The notes under the pieces were generated by a model, which was not told where the DNA came from, made no database searches, and saw nothing but the letters and a program-made list of their open reading frames with translations. This document shows positions 46,002-54,745 of a DNA stretch of 64,000 bases, piece after piece. The stretch covers positions 28,370 to 92,369 of the IMG/VR virus record IMGVR_UViG_3300036792_000218, one strand, 5' to 3'. The DNA is from a virus. The translations under genes were made by a program, and so were the position numbers. Numbering within the stretch: the stretch's first letter is position 1; each line of letters opens with the position of its first letter.

Positions 46002-46270
46002 GACGCGACCGCCCGGGCGCTGTCGACCAGGCCGCCGAGAGCCTGCGGCGTCGGCGCGGTCAGCAGCGTCACGATCCTGCCGTCCCACACCGACCAGAAC
46101 TCGCCGCGGCCCGGATCGAACCCGAACGTGTACCGGCCGCCGTACAGCAGCCGGAGACGGCTGAGTGCCTGCCTGGTGTCCCCGCCGGCCAGCGTCGCCA
46201 GCTCAGCCCAGTCAACGACGCCTGAAATGCCAGCAGCACGTGGCACCGCCTCTGCGTCCATTCCCGTCAC
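45998..46270 (-). CDS. Small hypothetical protein
   Basis: RBS GGGAG; first gene of an operon. Confidence 0.5.
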   Translation of the reverse strand: MTGMDAEAVPRAAGISGVVDWAELATLAGGDTRQALSRLRLLYGGRYTFGFDPGRGEFWSVWDGRIVTLLTAPTPQALGGLVDSARAVAS

Positions 46271-46329
46271 TCCCAGGTACGTAGTCCTCGGTCAGAGTGA
46301 CGCAAACGTAAAGCAGGAACTCGCCCGTA

Positions 46330-46347
46330 ACTTTCCTACAGGAAAGT
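46330..46347. promoter_or_regulatory. Perfect palindrome ACTTTCCT-AC-AGGAAAGT (operator candidate)
   Basis: Lies upstream of the 46270 operon, immediately after the XRE regulator gene. Confidence 0.55.
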
Positions 46348-46369
46348 CTCGGGGAATTGATCGAAAAAT

Positions 46370-47575
46370 TTAGATCAAGCCCATCCGCCAGGCCAGGCCG
46401 CGCAGGTCCCGGCCGCCGGCCTTTCTCCGCGCCTCGTCGAGCATGCTCCGCACCAGCTCCCGCAGCAGGGGACTGTTCAGCACCTGCGCCGGGGAAAGGT
46501 GCTCGGCCCGCTTCAGCGCCGCGGCGGCGCGCCCGTCTTTCCCCTGCATGGCGAACGCCCGCCCCTGCTCCATCAGCAGCGCGCCCCGCCGGTTGTTCGA
46601 CGCGAGCGCACGCGGCTCGACCTGGGACGCGTGCTCAAGCGCCCGCTCCGCGTTCCCGGCCTCAACCGACAGCGACGTGCGCCACACCCCGACGTTGCTC
46701 GCGCCGAACAGCTCCCACGCGTCGGGCTCGTCGCCGAGCGGTGCGGCGATCCTCGCGGCCTCCGCCCCGTGGTCATCGGCCCCCGCGTGGTCGCCGCTGA
46801 CCGCGCAGGCCAGCGCCGCGCTCAGCCTGAGCATCCCGTAGACCTCCATGGCCATGCGGGACTGCCCGGCCAGCGGCTCGAACCTGTCGGCCGCGTCCGG
46901 CATCGTCATCAGGGCACGGGGCTTGTTCGTCGAGCTCCGGGCGTGCGCCATGCCGTACGCGGCCGCCGCCTCCCAAACCGGGTCACCGAGCAGCGCCGCG
47001 GCCTGCCTGCCCCGCTCCGCGGCAACCCACGCCAGGTCCGGCTGTGCCGCGTACCGCAGCGTGATCACGGCGGTGGCGGTGGCGGGGACGAGCAGCCGTA
47101 GTGCTTCCTCCCGGTCGTGGCCGTTCGCCGTGCCCGCCTGCACCTCAAGCTCGCCGATCAGCGTGGGGAGGATCGGCAGGAGCGCGGCATAGTCCGACCA
47201 GCGCAGCGCCCGGTCCGCCTGGTCGTTCAGGTCCCGCAGAAAGGGGACCGGCCGCGCGGCGATGTCCGGCGGGTCGTCGGGGGACGCGTCGAGCAGCGCG
47301 GCGCGGAGCGGGTTCAGGGGCCACGCGTCGCGGCCGGCCTGCACTTCAGGGGCGGGCTCGCCGAGCAGCGTGTCCGCGCTGACGTCCAGCACCCCGGCCA
47401 GGGCGGCGATGTCGGCGCGCTTGTCAAGCGGTATGCGCCCGTTCTCGACCTTCGACAGCCAGCCTTCGGAATGCCCGACAAGGCCCGAGGCCTGCGCCAG
47501 CGTCAGGCCTTTCGCGCGGCGTGCCATCCTGACGGCCAGCCCTATGCTGACGCGATCCGTGCTAATCTCGTTCAT
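46370..47575 (-). CDS. XRE-family regulator with helical/TPR-like C-terminus (Streptomyces type)
   Basis: IGLAVRMARRAKGLTLAQ..GWLSKVENG; FGASNVGVW; AEHLSPAQV..P. Confidence 0.85.
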   Translation of the reverse strand: MNEISTDRVSIGLAVRMARRAKGLTLAQASGLVGHSEGWLSKVENGRIPLDKRADIAALAGVLDVSADTLLGEPAPEVQAGRDAWPLNPLRAALLDASPDDPPDIAARPVPFLRDLNDQADRALRWSDYAALLPILPTLIGELEVQAGTANGHDREEALRLLVPATATAVITLRYAAQPDLAWVAAERGRQAAALLGDPVWEAAAAYGMAHARSSTNKPRALMTMPDAADRFEPLAGQSRMAMEVYGMLRLSAALACAVSGDHAGADDHGAEAARIAAPLGDEPDAWELFGASNVGVWRTSLSVEAGNAERALEHASQVEPRALASNNRRGALLMEQGRAFAMQGKDGRAAAALKRAEHLSPAQVLNSPLLRELVRSMLDEARRKAGGRDLRGLAWRMGLI

Positions 47576-47668
47576 CGAAAGACCCCGACGTTTTGAGTGA
47601 AAGCTTCGCAACTCTCACGATAACCGCCGGGGTCTAGTCATGTGTAATTCGTGATGATCTCGTCACAC

Positions 47669-47708
47669 CGAAACGGCCCCGCCCCTGACCTGGGGCGGGG
47701 CCGTTTCG
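47669..47708 (-). terminator. Intrinsic terminator after the GntR gene
   Basis: CGAAACGGCCCCGCCCC-tgacct-GGGGCGGGGCCGTTTCG. Confidence 0.75.
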
Positions 47709-47732
47709 CGTTTCCAGGCCGGTCGGCCGTGG

Positions 47733-48221
47733 TCACGCCCCGCGTACCACGGCGGCGTCCACGGGCAGCCCGAGCGCCTTGCGGACCCGCAGCGCGACGG
47801 TAACCGCGCCGTCAAGGGTCCCCGACGTGACTGCCAGCAGGAGCGTGACCGCGCCGCCCTCGCCGTCCTCCACGGTCCCGCTCGGAACCGCCGGCTCGTC
47901 CCTCGTCGCCGCGGCCAGGCCGGCGTGCAGCGACGTGAGCGTGATGCCCTCAGGCGCGGGGTAGCTGGCGAACTCGACGCGCCACGCCCGCCGGGCAAGC
48001 ACGTACGTTCCCCGTTTAGGCACCAGGCGGACTAGTCCCTCGTCGGCCAGCAGCCGCACGCCTTCCTGAACGGTCCCGAGCGCGACCGACGCGTACGTGC
48101 GCCGGAATTCCTTCACCAGTTCCGTACCGGGCGGCAGCATGCCGTCTTCGTCGAAATCACCGGCGATCACCTTCCGCCGCAGCTCCCGCGCTATCAGTTC
48201 ATGCAGGGCGGGACCTGACAC
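47733..48221 (-). CDS. GntR-family regulator (KorA/TraR/KorSA-like)
   Basis: IARELRRKVIAG..LP....L...TVQEGVRLLADEGLV..PKRGTYV; divergent from the tra operon. Confidence 0.8.
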   Translation of the reverse strand: MSGPALHELIARELRRKVIAGDFDEDGMLPPGTELVKEFRRTYASVALGTVQEGVRLLADEGLVRLVPKRGTYVLARRAWRVEFASYPAPEGITLTSLHAGLAAATRDEPAVPSGTVEDGEGGAVTLLLAVTSGTLDGAVTVALRVRKALGLPVDAAVVRGA

Positions 48222-48333
48222 GCGGCTCTTTCCCCGTTTCGCTCGCACAGTGTTCCGCCAATCGTAGGGCCGCCTTCTCCGGATCAGAAGCACGGGTTGA
48301 CAACGCGCCGCGCCTATCCCAGTATGGTCTCAT

Positions 48334-48347
48334 ACCTGTTAACAGGT
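48334..48347. promoter_or_regulatory. Perfect 14-bp palindrome ACCTGTTAACAGGT (GntR operator candidate) in the tra promoter
   Basis: Downstream of TTGACA (48297) and TATGGT; between the GntR gene and the rightward operon. Confidence 0.65.
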
Positions 48348-48409
48348 CAGAGCAACCCGAACGAGGAACGGAGACCACCGGCCATGCGAGACAACCCGAG
48401 GCGGTCACG

Positions 48410-49042
48410 GTGACCGCCGTCGCCGCGCTGCGGCACTACGCCCGCACCAGGCGCGCCCTCACCGTCCTCGCCGAGGGGACGCAAGAGCACGCGTACGCCG
48501 TGAACGACCTCATCGACGCCTGGGAGGCAATCCCCGTGCAGCTGCTCTGGGTCGCCAGGCACGTCGACCGGCACACCTACCGGCAGACCGGGGCAGTCAT
48601 GTACGCCCCGGTCTACCGCACCCGCCTCGCCGGCATCCCCGCCGCGCTGCGCCGTTACGCAGCCGCCGAACGGGCACTGTGCGAGAACTCCATCACCGAG
48701 TACGCCGCAGGTACCGACGAGGAAACCCCCGAGTACCTGCACGCCAACAACGAGGCCGCCGCCGCTCACGCGTCCGTCCCGTGGTGCCTGCTCTGGCTTA
48801 CCGAGCTGATCAGCCGCCGCATCGTCCGCGAGCTCGACTACTTCAACCGGACCGGGCAGCCGCGCGAGGCCGGGTCCCCGGTCGCCTGCTGGCTCGGCTG
48901 GCTGCTGGTTACCGCCGCTGTCGCGGCAGGCGCCTGCCTCATCACGAGCGCCGTCACCCAGCCCGCAACCTGCACTGCCCCGTCCCCGGTGCCGTCCGTG
49001 TTCACCCCGGCGCCTGTCGCGGCCCCGCAGGTGACGCCGTGA
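48410..49042 (+). CDS. Membrane-anchored hypothetical protein (first gene of the tra operon)
   Basis: RBS GAGG; C-terminal TM. Confidence 0.55.
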   Translation: MTAVAALRHYARTRRALTVLAEGTQEHAYAVNDLIDAWEAIPVQLLWVARHVDRHTYRQTGAVMYAPVYRTRLAGIPAALRRYAAAERALCENSITEYAAGTDEETPEYLHANNEAAAAHASVPWCLLWLTELISRRIVRELDYFNRTGQPREAGSPVACWLGWLLVTAAVAAGACLITSAVTQPATCTAPSPVPSVFTPAPVAAPQVTP

Positions 49043-49329
49043 CCACGCTGACCCCTGCCGGCTGGCGCGCCCGCGCGGCCTGCCGCGGCAAGGACCCCGA
49101 GCAGTTCTTCGGCCCCGACGGCGAGACACCCGCACAGCAGGCAGTCCGCGAGGCGCAGGCCATCGTGATCTGCGCCCAGTGCCCCGTACGCGCCACCTGC
49201 CTGCAATGGGCCATGGACACCAACACGAAGCAAGGCGTCTGGGGCGGCACGGGCGAGGCCGAGCGCGCCCGCACCCGCCGCCAGAGGACCCGCCACGCCG
49301 CGAAGGCACGCCGGAGGGCAGCCGCATGA
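49039..49329 (+). CDS. whiB: WhiB-family Fe-S transcription factor
   Basis: WRARAAC..DPEQFF, ICAQCPVRATC, GVWGG. Confidence 0.95.
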   Translation: MTTLTPAGWRARAACRGKDPEQFFGPDGETPAQQAVREAQAIVICAQCPVRATCLQWAMDTNTKQGVWGGTGEAERARTRRQRTRHAAKARRRAAA

Positions 49330-49568
49330 TCGTCAAGGTCGCCGCCGTCGTCCTCCTGACCGCCCTCTGCATGGTCAGCGTTCACCTGCTCGCCGTCCTG
49401 CTGCTCGCCGTGGTGGCGCTCGCGGCCCTGCTGATCGTCCACCTGCTGATCGTCGCCGTCGTCACCGTCGGCACGGTCCTGCTGGCCCTGGCGTGGGCGA
49501 TCAGCCAGGCCGCGACCGAAACCGGCTGGCGGGTCGTCCCCTGCGTACTGAACGGGGCCACGGCATGA
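49326..49568 (+). CDS. Small hydrophobic membrane protein
   Basis: About 60 consecutive hydrophobic residues. Confidence 0.55.
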   Translation: MIVKVAAVVLLTALCMVSVHLLAVLLLAVVALAALLIVHLLIVAVVTVGTVLLALAWAISQAATETGWRVVPCVLNGATA

Positions 49569-50182
49569 GCACCGAACCGGAGTACATGAGCCGCACCGAC
49601 CGGGAACGCTGGCAGGCCGCCCGCACCTTGACCGACGTCGGCAACCTCATGGCCGACTGGATACAGGGCAAGATCACCACCCGGCCCGGCTACTACGGCC
49701 CCACCGACCTCGACCAGCCGGACACCCTCGTCCCGCTGCTCGCCAGCCTGTGCCGGGACGGGTTCGTCACGCACCAGTCGCAGGAAGGCTTTTCCGGGTG
49801 GGGCTACGACGGCGCGTGGTGGGTCCAGCACGCTTTCGTGGAGGCGTTCACCACCGAGGACGTCGTTGACCGCCTCTACGAGACCGCGTCGTCCCGCCTG
49901 ATCGTCATCAGCCACGACCCGGCCACACTGCCCGCCTGGCGCTACCGGCGAGACAGCGACTTCACCGCCACCTACCGCATAGGCCGCCCCTACACCGGCG
50001 CCGGCAGCTCACTGCCCCGCCGTCACATCCGCGACCCCCACATCGGGTTCGGGGCGTGCGGCAAGGAGGCCACCGACGCGCTGTGCTCCGCATGGCAGGT
50101 CACGGTCGCCGACCTCGCGCCAGGACCCGAGACGTTCCTGTGGGACTTCCTGTCCGGCCTCGACCTGGAGCCAGGCGAATGA
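49565..50182 (+). CDS. Conserved actinomycete hypothetical protein (DUF6919-like)
   Basis: LMADWIQG..RPGYYG, GFVTHQSQ.G, QHAFVEAF, WQVTVAD. Confidence 0.5.
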   Translation: MSTEPEYMSRTDRERWQAARTLTDVGNLMADWIQGKITTRPGYYGPTDLDQPDTLVPLLASLCRDGFVTHQSQEGFSGWGYDGAWWVQHAFVEAFTTEDVVDRLYETASSRLIVISHDPATLPAWRYRRDSDFTATYRIGRPYTGAGSSLPRRHIRDPHIGFGACGKEATDALCSAWQVTVADLAPGPETFLWDFLSGLDLEPGE

Positions 50183-52632
50183 GCGTGATCCCCGCGCCGC
50201 GCCGTGGCCGCCGGCCCCGTCCCGCCGGTGACGACGACACGCCGCCGCTGAGCGACGCGATCGAGCGACTGCTGCCCGGTGACCCCGAGCCCCCGGCCGA
50301 CCCGCCCGCAGAGCCCGCCGACGCCGAGCCCAGCCCCGGCACAGGGCAGGAGGAGCCAGCCGCGCCCGCCGCGGACGACGACGACCCGCCCGAGCCGAAA
50401 CCCGGCCGCCCCGGACTCGAAGAAGCGCAGCGCGCCGCGATCATCCCCGGTATCCCCGGCCAGCGCTGGCAGGCCGTCAAGGACAGCCTCGAACTCGCCG
50501 GCTACCGGACGGCGTTCCACGGCATACGCGCCGTGCCCGTGTACGCGCCCGGCTCGCTCGTCTACGCGGTCCGCGGCGGCGCCCGCCTCGGCCTCCGCTA
50601 CGCGCTGTGGATGGACGTCACGCACCTGCGGGTCGTCATCTCGCAGTCCCTGGCCCGCGGCGACGCCGGAAACGGCGACGTGCTCCGCGCCCACAACGAC
50701 AGGGAACGCACCAAGAAGGGAAACCGGAAACTCGCCGCCGGGACCGCCGCCACCGCCGCCCTCACGTCCTACGTGCTGGCGGAGGGAACCCCGCCGGCAG
50801 TCCAGATCGGCGCGGCCGCCGCCGCGTTCCTCACCCTGGTCGCGTTCGGGAAGCCGGACGGCAGCCCGTTCCTGCCGAGGGCGATCCTGCCCCCGAACTA
50901 CCAGCCCCCGAGCTTCGAGCTGATCCGCGAGGCGCTGGTAGCGATCATCCCGGCCATCAAGACGCACGTCGCCGCGAAGGGTGACCTTGACTGGGTCAGC
51001 GACGTGCACCGCGACGGCGACGGTTGGGCCGTCGAGCTCGACCTGCCCAAGGGCGTCACGGCTGAGCTGATCATTAAGAAGCGCAAGGAACTGTCCTCCG
51101 CGCTCCGCCGGCCACTCAGCGCCGTGTGGCCCGAGGGCGTGCCCGGCGAGCACGAGGGGCGCCTGTTCATCTGGATCGGCCGGCATGACTGGGCGAAAAA
51201 AAAGCTCGTCCCGCACCCGCTGCTCAAGGCCGGCACCCCCGACTTCTTCGACCTGGTCCCGTTCGGCACGATGCCACGCGGCAACGCGATCACCGTCCCG
51301 CTTTTCCAGACGAACTGGCTGTTCGGCGGGGCCATGGGCTCCGGCAAGACCAGCGCCATCCGGACCCTGCTCGCCGCCGCCGCGCTCGACACCGTCGTCG
51401 ACCTGTGGACCCACGAGTTCAGCGGCAAGGGCGACCTTGAGCCGTACGCCCAGGTCAGCTACCGCTACGTGTCCGGCCTGGATGACGAGGCGATCGCCTA
51501 CGCCGCCGAGTCCGTCAAGATGCTCAAGGCCGAGCTGCAGCGCCGCCAGGCGATATGGAAGAAGATCCCGCGCGAGAAGCGAACCGAAGCGCACCTGACC
51601 CGCGAGATCGCGATGGCCGACAAGCGGCTGCGGCCCATCGTCGCGTCGTTTGACGAGTGCCATAACGCGTTCCAGCACCCGACGTACGGCAAGCAGATCC
51701 AGACCGACCTTGAGTGGGTCATGCGGATCGGCCGGGCGTACGGCATCGTCGTCATCCTCGGCACCCAGCGGCCCGGCGCGGACTCGATCCCGGTCATCAT
51801 CACCGCCGTCACCGTGGCCCGCTGCTGCCTGAAGGTCAGCGACCACACGACCAACGACATGATCCTCGGCAGCGGCTCGTACAACAAGGGCCACGACGCC
51901 ACCGTGTTCCGCCTGCCGTACACGGACGCGGGCTGCTGCTGGCTCAAGGGCGTCGGCGACACGATCGCCCCGAAGATTTATTATCTCAACGATCCCGCGA
52001 CGCTGAAGATCGCGAACCGGGCCCGCGCGCTGCGGGAGAAGGCCGGGGTCCTGTCCGGGTACGCGCTCGGTGAGGAAGAGGACCAGGGCGAGCGGAACCT
52101 GCTCGGCGACGTCCACGCGGTGTTCGGGCCCGGTGAGCGGTTCCTGTACTGGCCGACGATCGCCGAGCGGCTCGCGGAGGGCTACCGGGGGACGTACACG
52201 GGCGTCACCGGTGACGGCGTGTCGGCCGACGTCCGCGAGCTCGCAGACATCGACTCCGACAACGGCCGGGAACCGGGCGGCAAGGTCCTCACCGGCCTGA
52301 AGCGCACCACGATCTCGCTCGCCGTCAACGGCGGCCCGGACGACCCCGACCAGGAAGCCGGCGACGACCCGCCCGCGCCCCCGCGGCCCGAGGCGGACAC
52401 CGAGCTGCTGACCGCCGCGGCGGAGATGGTCATCAGGGAGCAGTGGGCGTCAACGTCGACCCTCGGGCGCAAGCTCCGCCTCGGCCACGACCGCGCCGGC
52501 ACGCTCATGGACGAGCTCGCGGGCCACGGCGTCGTCGGCGAGCCGGGCGACGACCCGAAGGTGCGCGCCGTGCTGAAGACCGAAGACGACCTCGATGCCG
52601 TACTCGAGGCGATCAGGGGCGCGGACTCATGA
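50179..52632 (+). CDS. traB: TraB-like FtsK/SpoIIIE DNA translocase (actinomycete conjugation)
   Basis: N-terminal TMs; RDGDGWAVELDLP.G; Walker A GAMGSGKT; Walker B SFDECH; GRAYGI..ILGTQRP; MILG; TraB-type wHTH plus a terminal FtsK-gamma domain. Confidence 0.9.
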   Translation: MSVIPAPRRGRRPRPAGDDDTPPLSDAIERLLPGDPEPPADPPAEPADAEPSPGTGQEEPAAPAADDDDPPEPKPGRPGLEEAQRAAIIPGIPGQRWQAVKDSLELAGYRTAFHGIRAVPVYAPGSLVYAVRGGARLGLRYALWMDVTHLRVVISQSLARGDAGNGDVLRAHNDRERTKKGNRKLAAGTAATAALTSYVLAEGTPPAVQIGAAAAAFLTLVAFGKPDGSPFLPRAILPPNYQPPSFELIREALVAIIPAIKTHVAAKGDLDWVSDVHRDGDGWAVELDLPKGVTAELIIKKRKELSSALRRPLSAVWPEGVPGEHEGRLFIWIGRHDWAKKKLVPHPLLKAGTPDFFDLVPFGTMPRGNAITVPLFQTNWLFGGAMGSGKTSAIRTLLAAAALDTVVDLWTHEFSGKGDLEPYAQVSYRYVSGLDDEAIAYAAESVKMLKAELQRRQAIWKKIPREKRTEAHLTREIAMADKRLRPIVASFDECHNAFQHPTYGKQIQTDLEWVMRIGRAYGIVVILGTQRPGADSIPVIITAVTVARCCLKVSDHTTNDMILGSGSYNKGHDATVFRLPYTDAGCCWLKGVGDTIAPKIYYLNDPATLKIANRARALREKAGVLSGYALGEEEDQGERNLLGDVHAVFGPGERFLYWPTIAERLAEGYRGTYTGVTGDGVSADVRELADIDSDNGREPGGKVLTGLKRTTISLAVNGGPDDPDQEAGDDPPAPPRPEADTELLTAAAEMVIREQWASTSTLGRKLRLGHDRAGTLMDELAGHGVVGEPGDDPKVRAVLKTEDDLDAVLEAIRGADS

Positions 52633-52799
52633 TGTTGCGCACCCGCCGCGAGCCACGCAACAGCCCAACAACGTGTTGGGCTAGCACAACACGCGCTGAC
52701 CTGCGGAAACGTCAGATTGTCCGATTCAGCGCAACACGGCCGAGGGCCGCACAACACCAGCACAACACGCTGACCTGCGGAAACACGGTTCGCGCAACA
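52633..52799 (+). repeat. clt-like locus: cluster of 8-mers GC(A/G)CAACA directly downstream of traB
   Basis: Exact copies at 52684, 52729, 52749, 52760, 52792; variants at 52655 and 52663; inverted copies at 52633 and 52674; two GCTGACCTGCGGAAAC (52695, 52769). Confidence 0.7.
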
Positions 52800-52857
52800 A
52801 ACCGGCGGAACGGGCCCCCACGGGCCGCCCTAGGGACAACCACGATGGGACAGGGGC

Positions 52858-53433
52858 TTGAGCCGGATCACAGTCAGCGTCTGGCGCTGTGGCGGGTGCG
52901 GGAAGAAACGCGGGCTGCGCCACACCTGCCCGGGCGGCCGCGGCCGCAGGACACGCGACCGCATCGCGCTCGGCGTAGAGGTCCGCTGCCCGCACTGCCG
53001 CAAGCGGTCACTGAACCCGCTCACCCACACCTGCTCACCGAAGTCCGACTTCCGCAAGCGCCAGGCCGCCCACAAGCGCCGGGTCGCAGCCGAGAAACGC
53101 AAGCAGAAACGGAAGCTGTCCGCCGCACGGAAACGGGCCCGCGTCAAGGAACGCAGGCGCCTGGCAGCGGAGAAGCGCAAGCAGGCAGCGGCTGCGGCCG
53201 CAGCGAAGCGGAAGGCCGGGGCCCGCGCCCGGTCACACGACAAGACCCGGCACGACCCCGAGACCTGCACGGACCCCTACTGCACGAGCTTCCGCTGCCG
53301 CACCTACAAGGGCGGCAAGGAAGCCGGCAAGGCCGAGGGCCGCGCCGAGGGCTATGCGGCGGGCTACGCCGAGGGCTACGACAAGGGCTTCGCCGACGGG
53401 TTCGCCGCCGGGCAGGCCTCCGCGGCCAAGTTA
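52858..53433 (+). CDS. Basic Zn-finger protein; no in-frame stop at the apparent end (TTA 53431-53433), formal ORF runs to 54237
   Basis: CGGC..HTC and CPHC..HTC, Lys/Arg coil, G..EG..EGY repeats; the next gene's RBS follows the TTA. Confidence 0.55.
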
Positions 53434-53443
53434 GGAGATCCCA

Positions 53444-53785
53444 GTGAGCGTGATCATCACGATCCTGATCACCGTCCTGATCGCGGTGCCCGCGCACGTG
53501 GCGCTGTTCCTGCTGACGCACCGGCTCATCGCCGCCGCGCTCGCGGTGCCCGCGTACGTGGTGCTGTGCCTGGCGCACCCGGTCCACAAGTGCCCCCGCT
53601 GCCGCGGGGCCAGGGTGGTCAAGAAGGGCAACAGTCACCCCATGTGCCGCTGGTGCAAGGGCCAGGGCAAAACCAAGCGGCTCGGCGGCCACCTGGTCCA
53701 CCGCGTGTTCTGGGACCACGTCGGCCCCTGGATCAGGGACAAGTACCTGGATGCCGCTCACCGGCTGCGGGACGGCCAGTCATGA
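53444..53785 (+). CDS. Membrane protein with DnaJ-type Zn finger
   Basis: Two TMs, CPRCRG..CRWCKG.G; typical of AICE/plasmid transfer regions. Confidence 0.65.
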   Translation: MSVIITILITVLIAVPAHVALFLLTHRLIAAALAVPAYVVLCLAHPVHKCPRCRGARVVKKGNSHPMCRWCKGQGKTKRLGGHLVHRVFWDHVGPWIRDKYLDAAHRLRDGQS

Positions 53786-54237
53786 GCGGCGGCAAGTTCG
53801 AGGGCGTCGTCTCGGGCACCTGGTCGACCACGAGCAGCGGGTGGTGGGTAAAGGCCGTGGCCGCCGTCGCCGTCGTGGGCGCGCTGGACGGGTACCTGTG
53901 GACCCTCCTGCGGTTCCTCGCCGTGCTGCTCACCGTGGTCCTCGTCCTGTTCACCGCGCTGGCGGTACCCGCGGCCGTCTGGATGCGCCGGTGGACCAGC
54001 CGCCAGCACCAGCAGTTCAACCGGCAGCTCGCCGCGCTCCCCGACGAGCCGCGCCAGGCCGTCAAGGCAGCCGCGCCGCCCGTGATCCAGAACTTCTACG
54101 GCGGAACCAACGTGTTCATGCTGCCCGGATCACAGCTCCCGGCCGGAATCAGCGAGAACAGCCAGGTCATCCGGGCTTACCCGCTCCGCGACGCCGTCAC
54201 CGACACCACGGAGGGAGGTCCACGCCATGAGAACTGA
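53782..54237 (+). CDS. Membrane protein (Spd-like)
   Basis: Two TMs; ATGA overlap. Confidence 0.55.
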   Translation: MSGGKFEGVVSGTWSTTSSGWWVKAVAAVAVVGALDGYLWTLLRFLAVLLTVVLVLFTALAVPAAVWMRRWTSRQHQQFNRQLAALPDEPRQAVKAAAPPVIQNFYGGTNVFMLPGSQLPAGISENSQVIRAYPLRDAVTDTTEGGPRHEN

Positions 54238-54337
54238 CGACTGCGGCGCCTGCGGAGGATCGGGCACCGAACCGAACCCGTACTTCCCGCAGAAGACACG
54301 CCCGTGCGGCACCTGCCACGGCAGCGGCTGCAAGTAG
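54227..54337 (+). CDS. 36-aa DnaJ-type Zn-knuckle microprotein (not in ORF track)
   Basis: MRTDDCGACGGSGTEPNPYFPQKTRPCGTCHGSGCK; RBS GGAGG. Confidence 0.65.
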   Translation: MRTDDCGACGGSGTEPNPYFPQKTRPCGTCHGSGCK

Positions 54338-54340
54338 GAA

Positions 54341-54745
54341 CTGACGGCCCCGAGGGCGGCCAGCGCACGCACTGGCCGCCCGACCGGGCAATCAGCACCA
54401 GGGGCAAGCCCGGCCCCACCGAACAGGAGGAAACGAGAAATGGGATTTTTCAAACGCAGCGCGCCGGAACCGGCCCCCACCGAGACGCGCGGCCAGCGCG
54501 AGCAGCGCGACGCCCGCGAGGCGATCGTCAAGGACCTGACCAAGAACATCCATGACCGCAACCGCGCGGCACAGGTCCGGGCCCTGCCCGGCGGCGAGGA
54601 GATGGTCGCCGAAGCGGTCAGGCGCTCGGCCAACTGGTGTTCCTGACGGCCCCGAGGGCGGCCAGCACCACACCGGGACTGGCCGCCTGACCGGGCAATC
54701 AGCACAGGGGCACGCCCGGCCCCAGCCAACAGGAGGAACCACATG
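54341..54745 (+). repeat. Two ~100-bp intergenic direct repeats (54341-54442, 54643-54745) with hairpin and RBS
   Basis: CTGACGGCCCCGAGGGCGGCCAG..CTGGCCGCC.GACCGGGCAATCAGCA..AGGGGCA.GCCCGGCCCCA..AACAGGAGGAA..ATG. Confidence 0.85.
54440..54646 (+). CDS. Small hypothetical protein
   Basis: RBS AGGAGG; lies between the repeats. Confidence 0.6.
   Translation: MGFFKRSAPEPAPTETRGQREQRDAREAIVKDLTKNIHDRNRAAQVRALPGGEEMVAEAVRRSANWCS

Noticed and set aside
50179-52632. Chromosomal cell-division FtsK or phage packaging ATPase
   Set aside because: The context (Kor-like GntR, Spd-like gene, 8-mer array) and motifs match plasmid/AICE TraB; there are no host housekeeping neighbours.
54341-54745. Hammerhead ribozyme
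   Set aside because: CUGACGG does not match the CUGANGA core and no correctly placed GAAA follows the stem.
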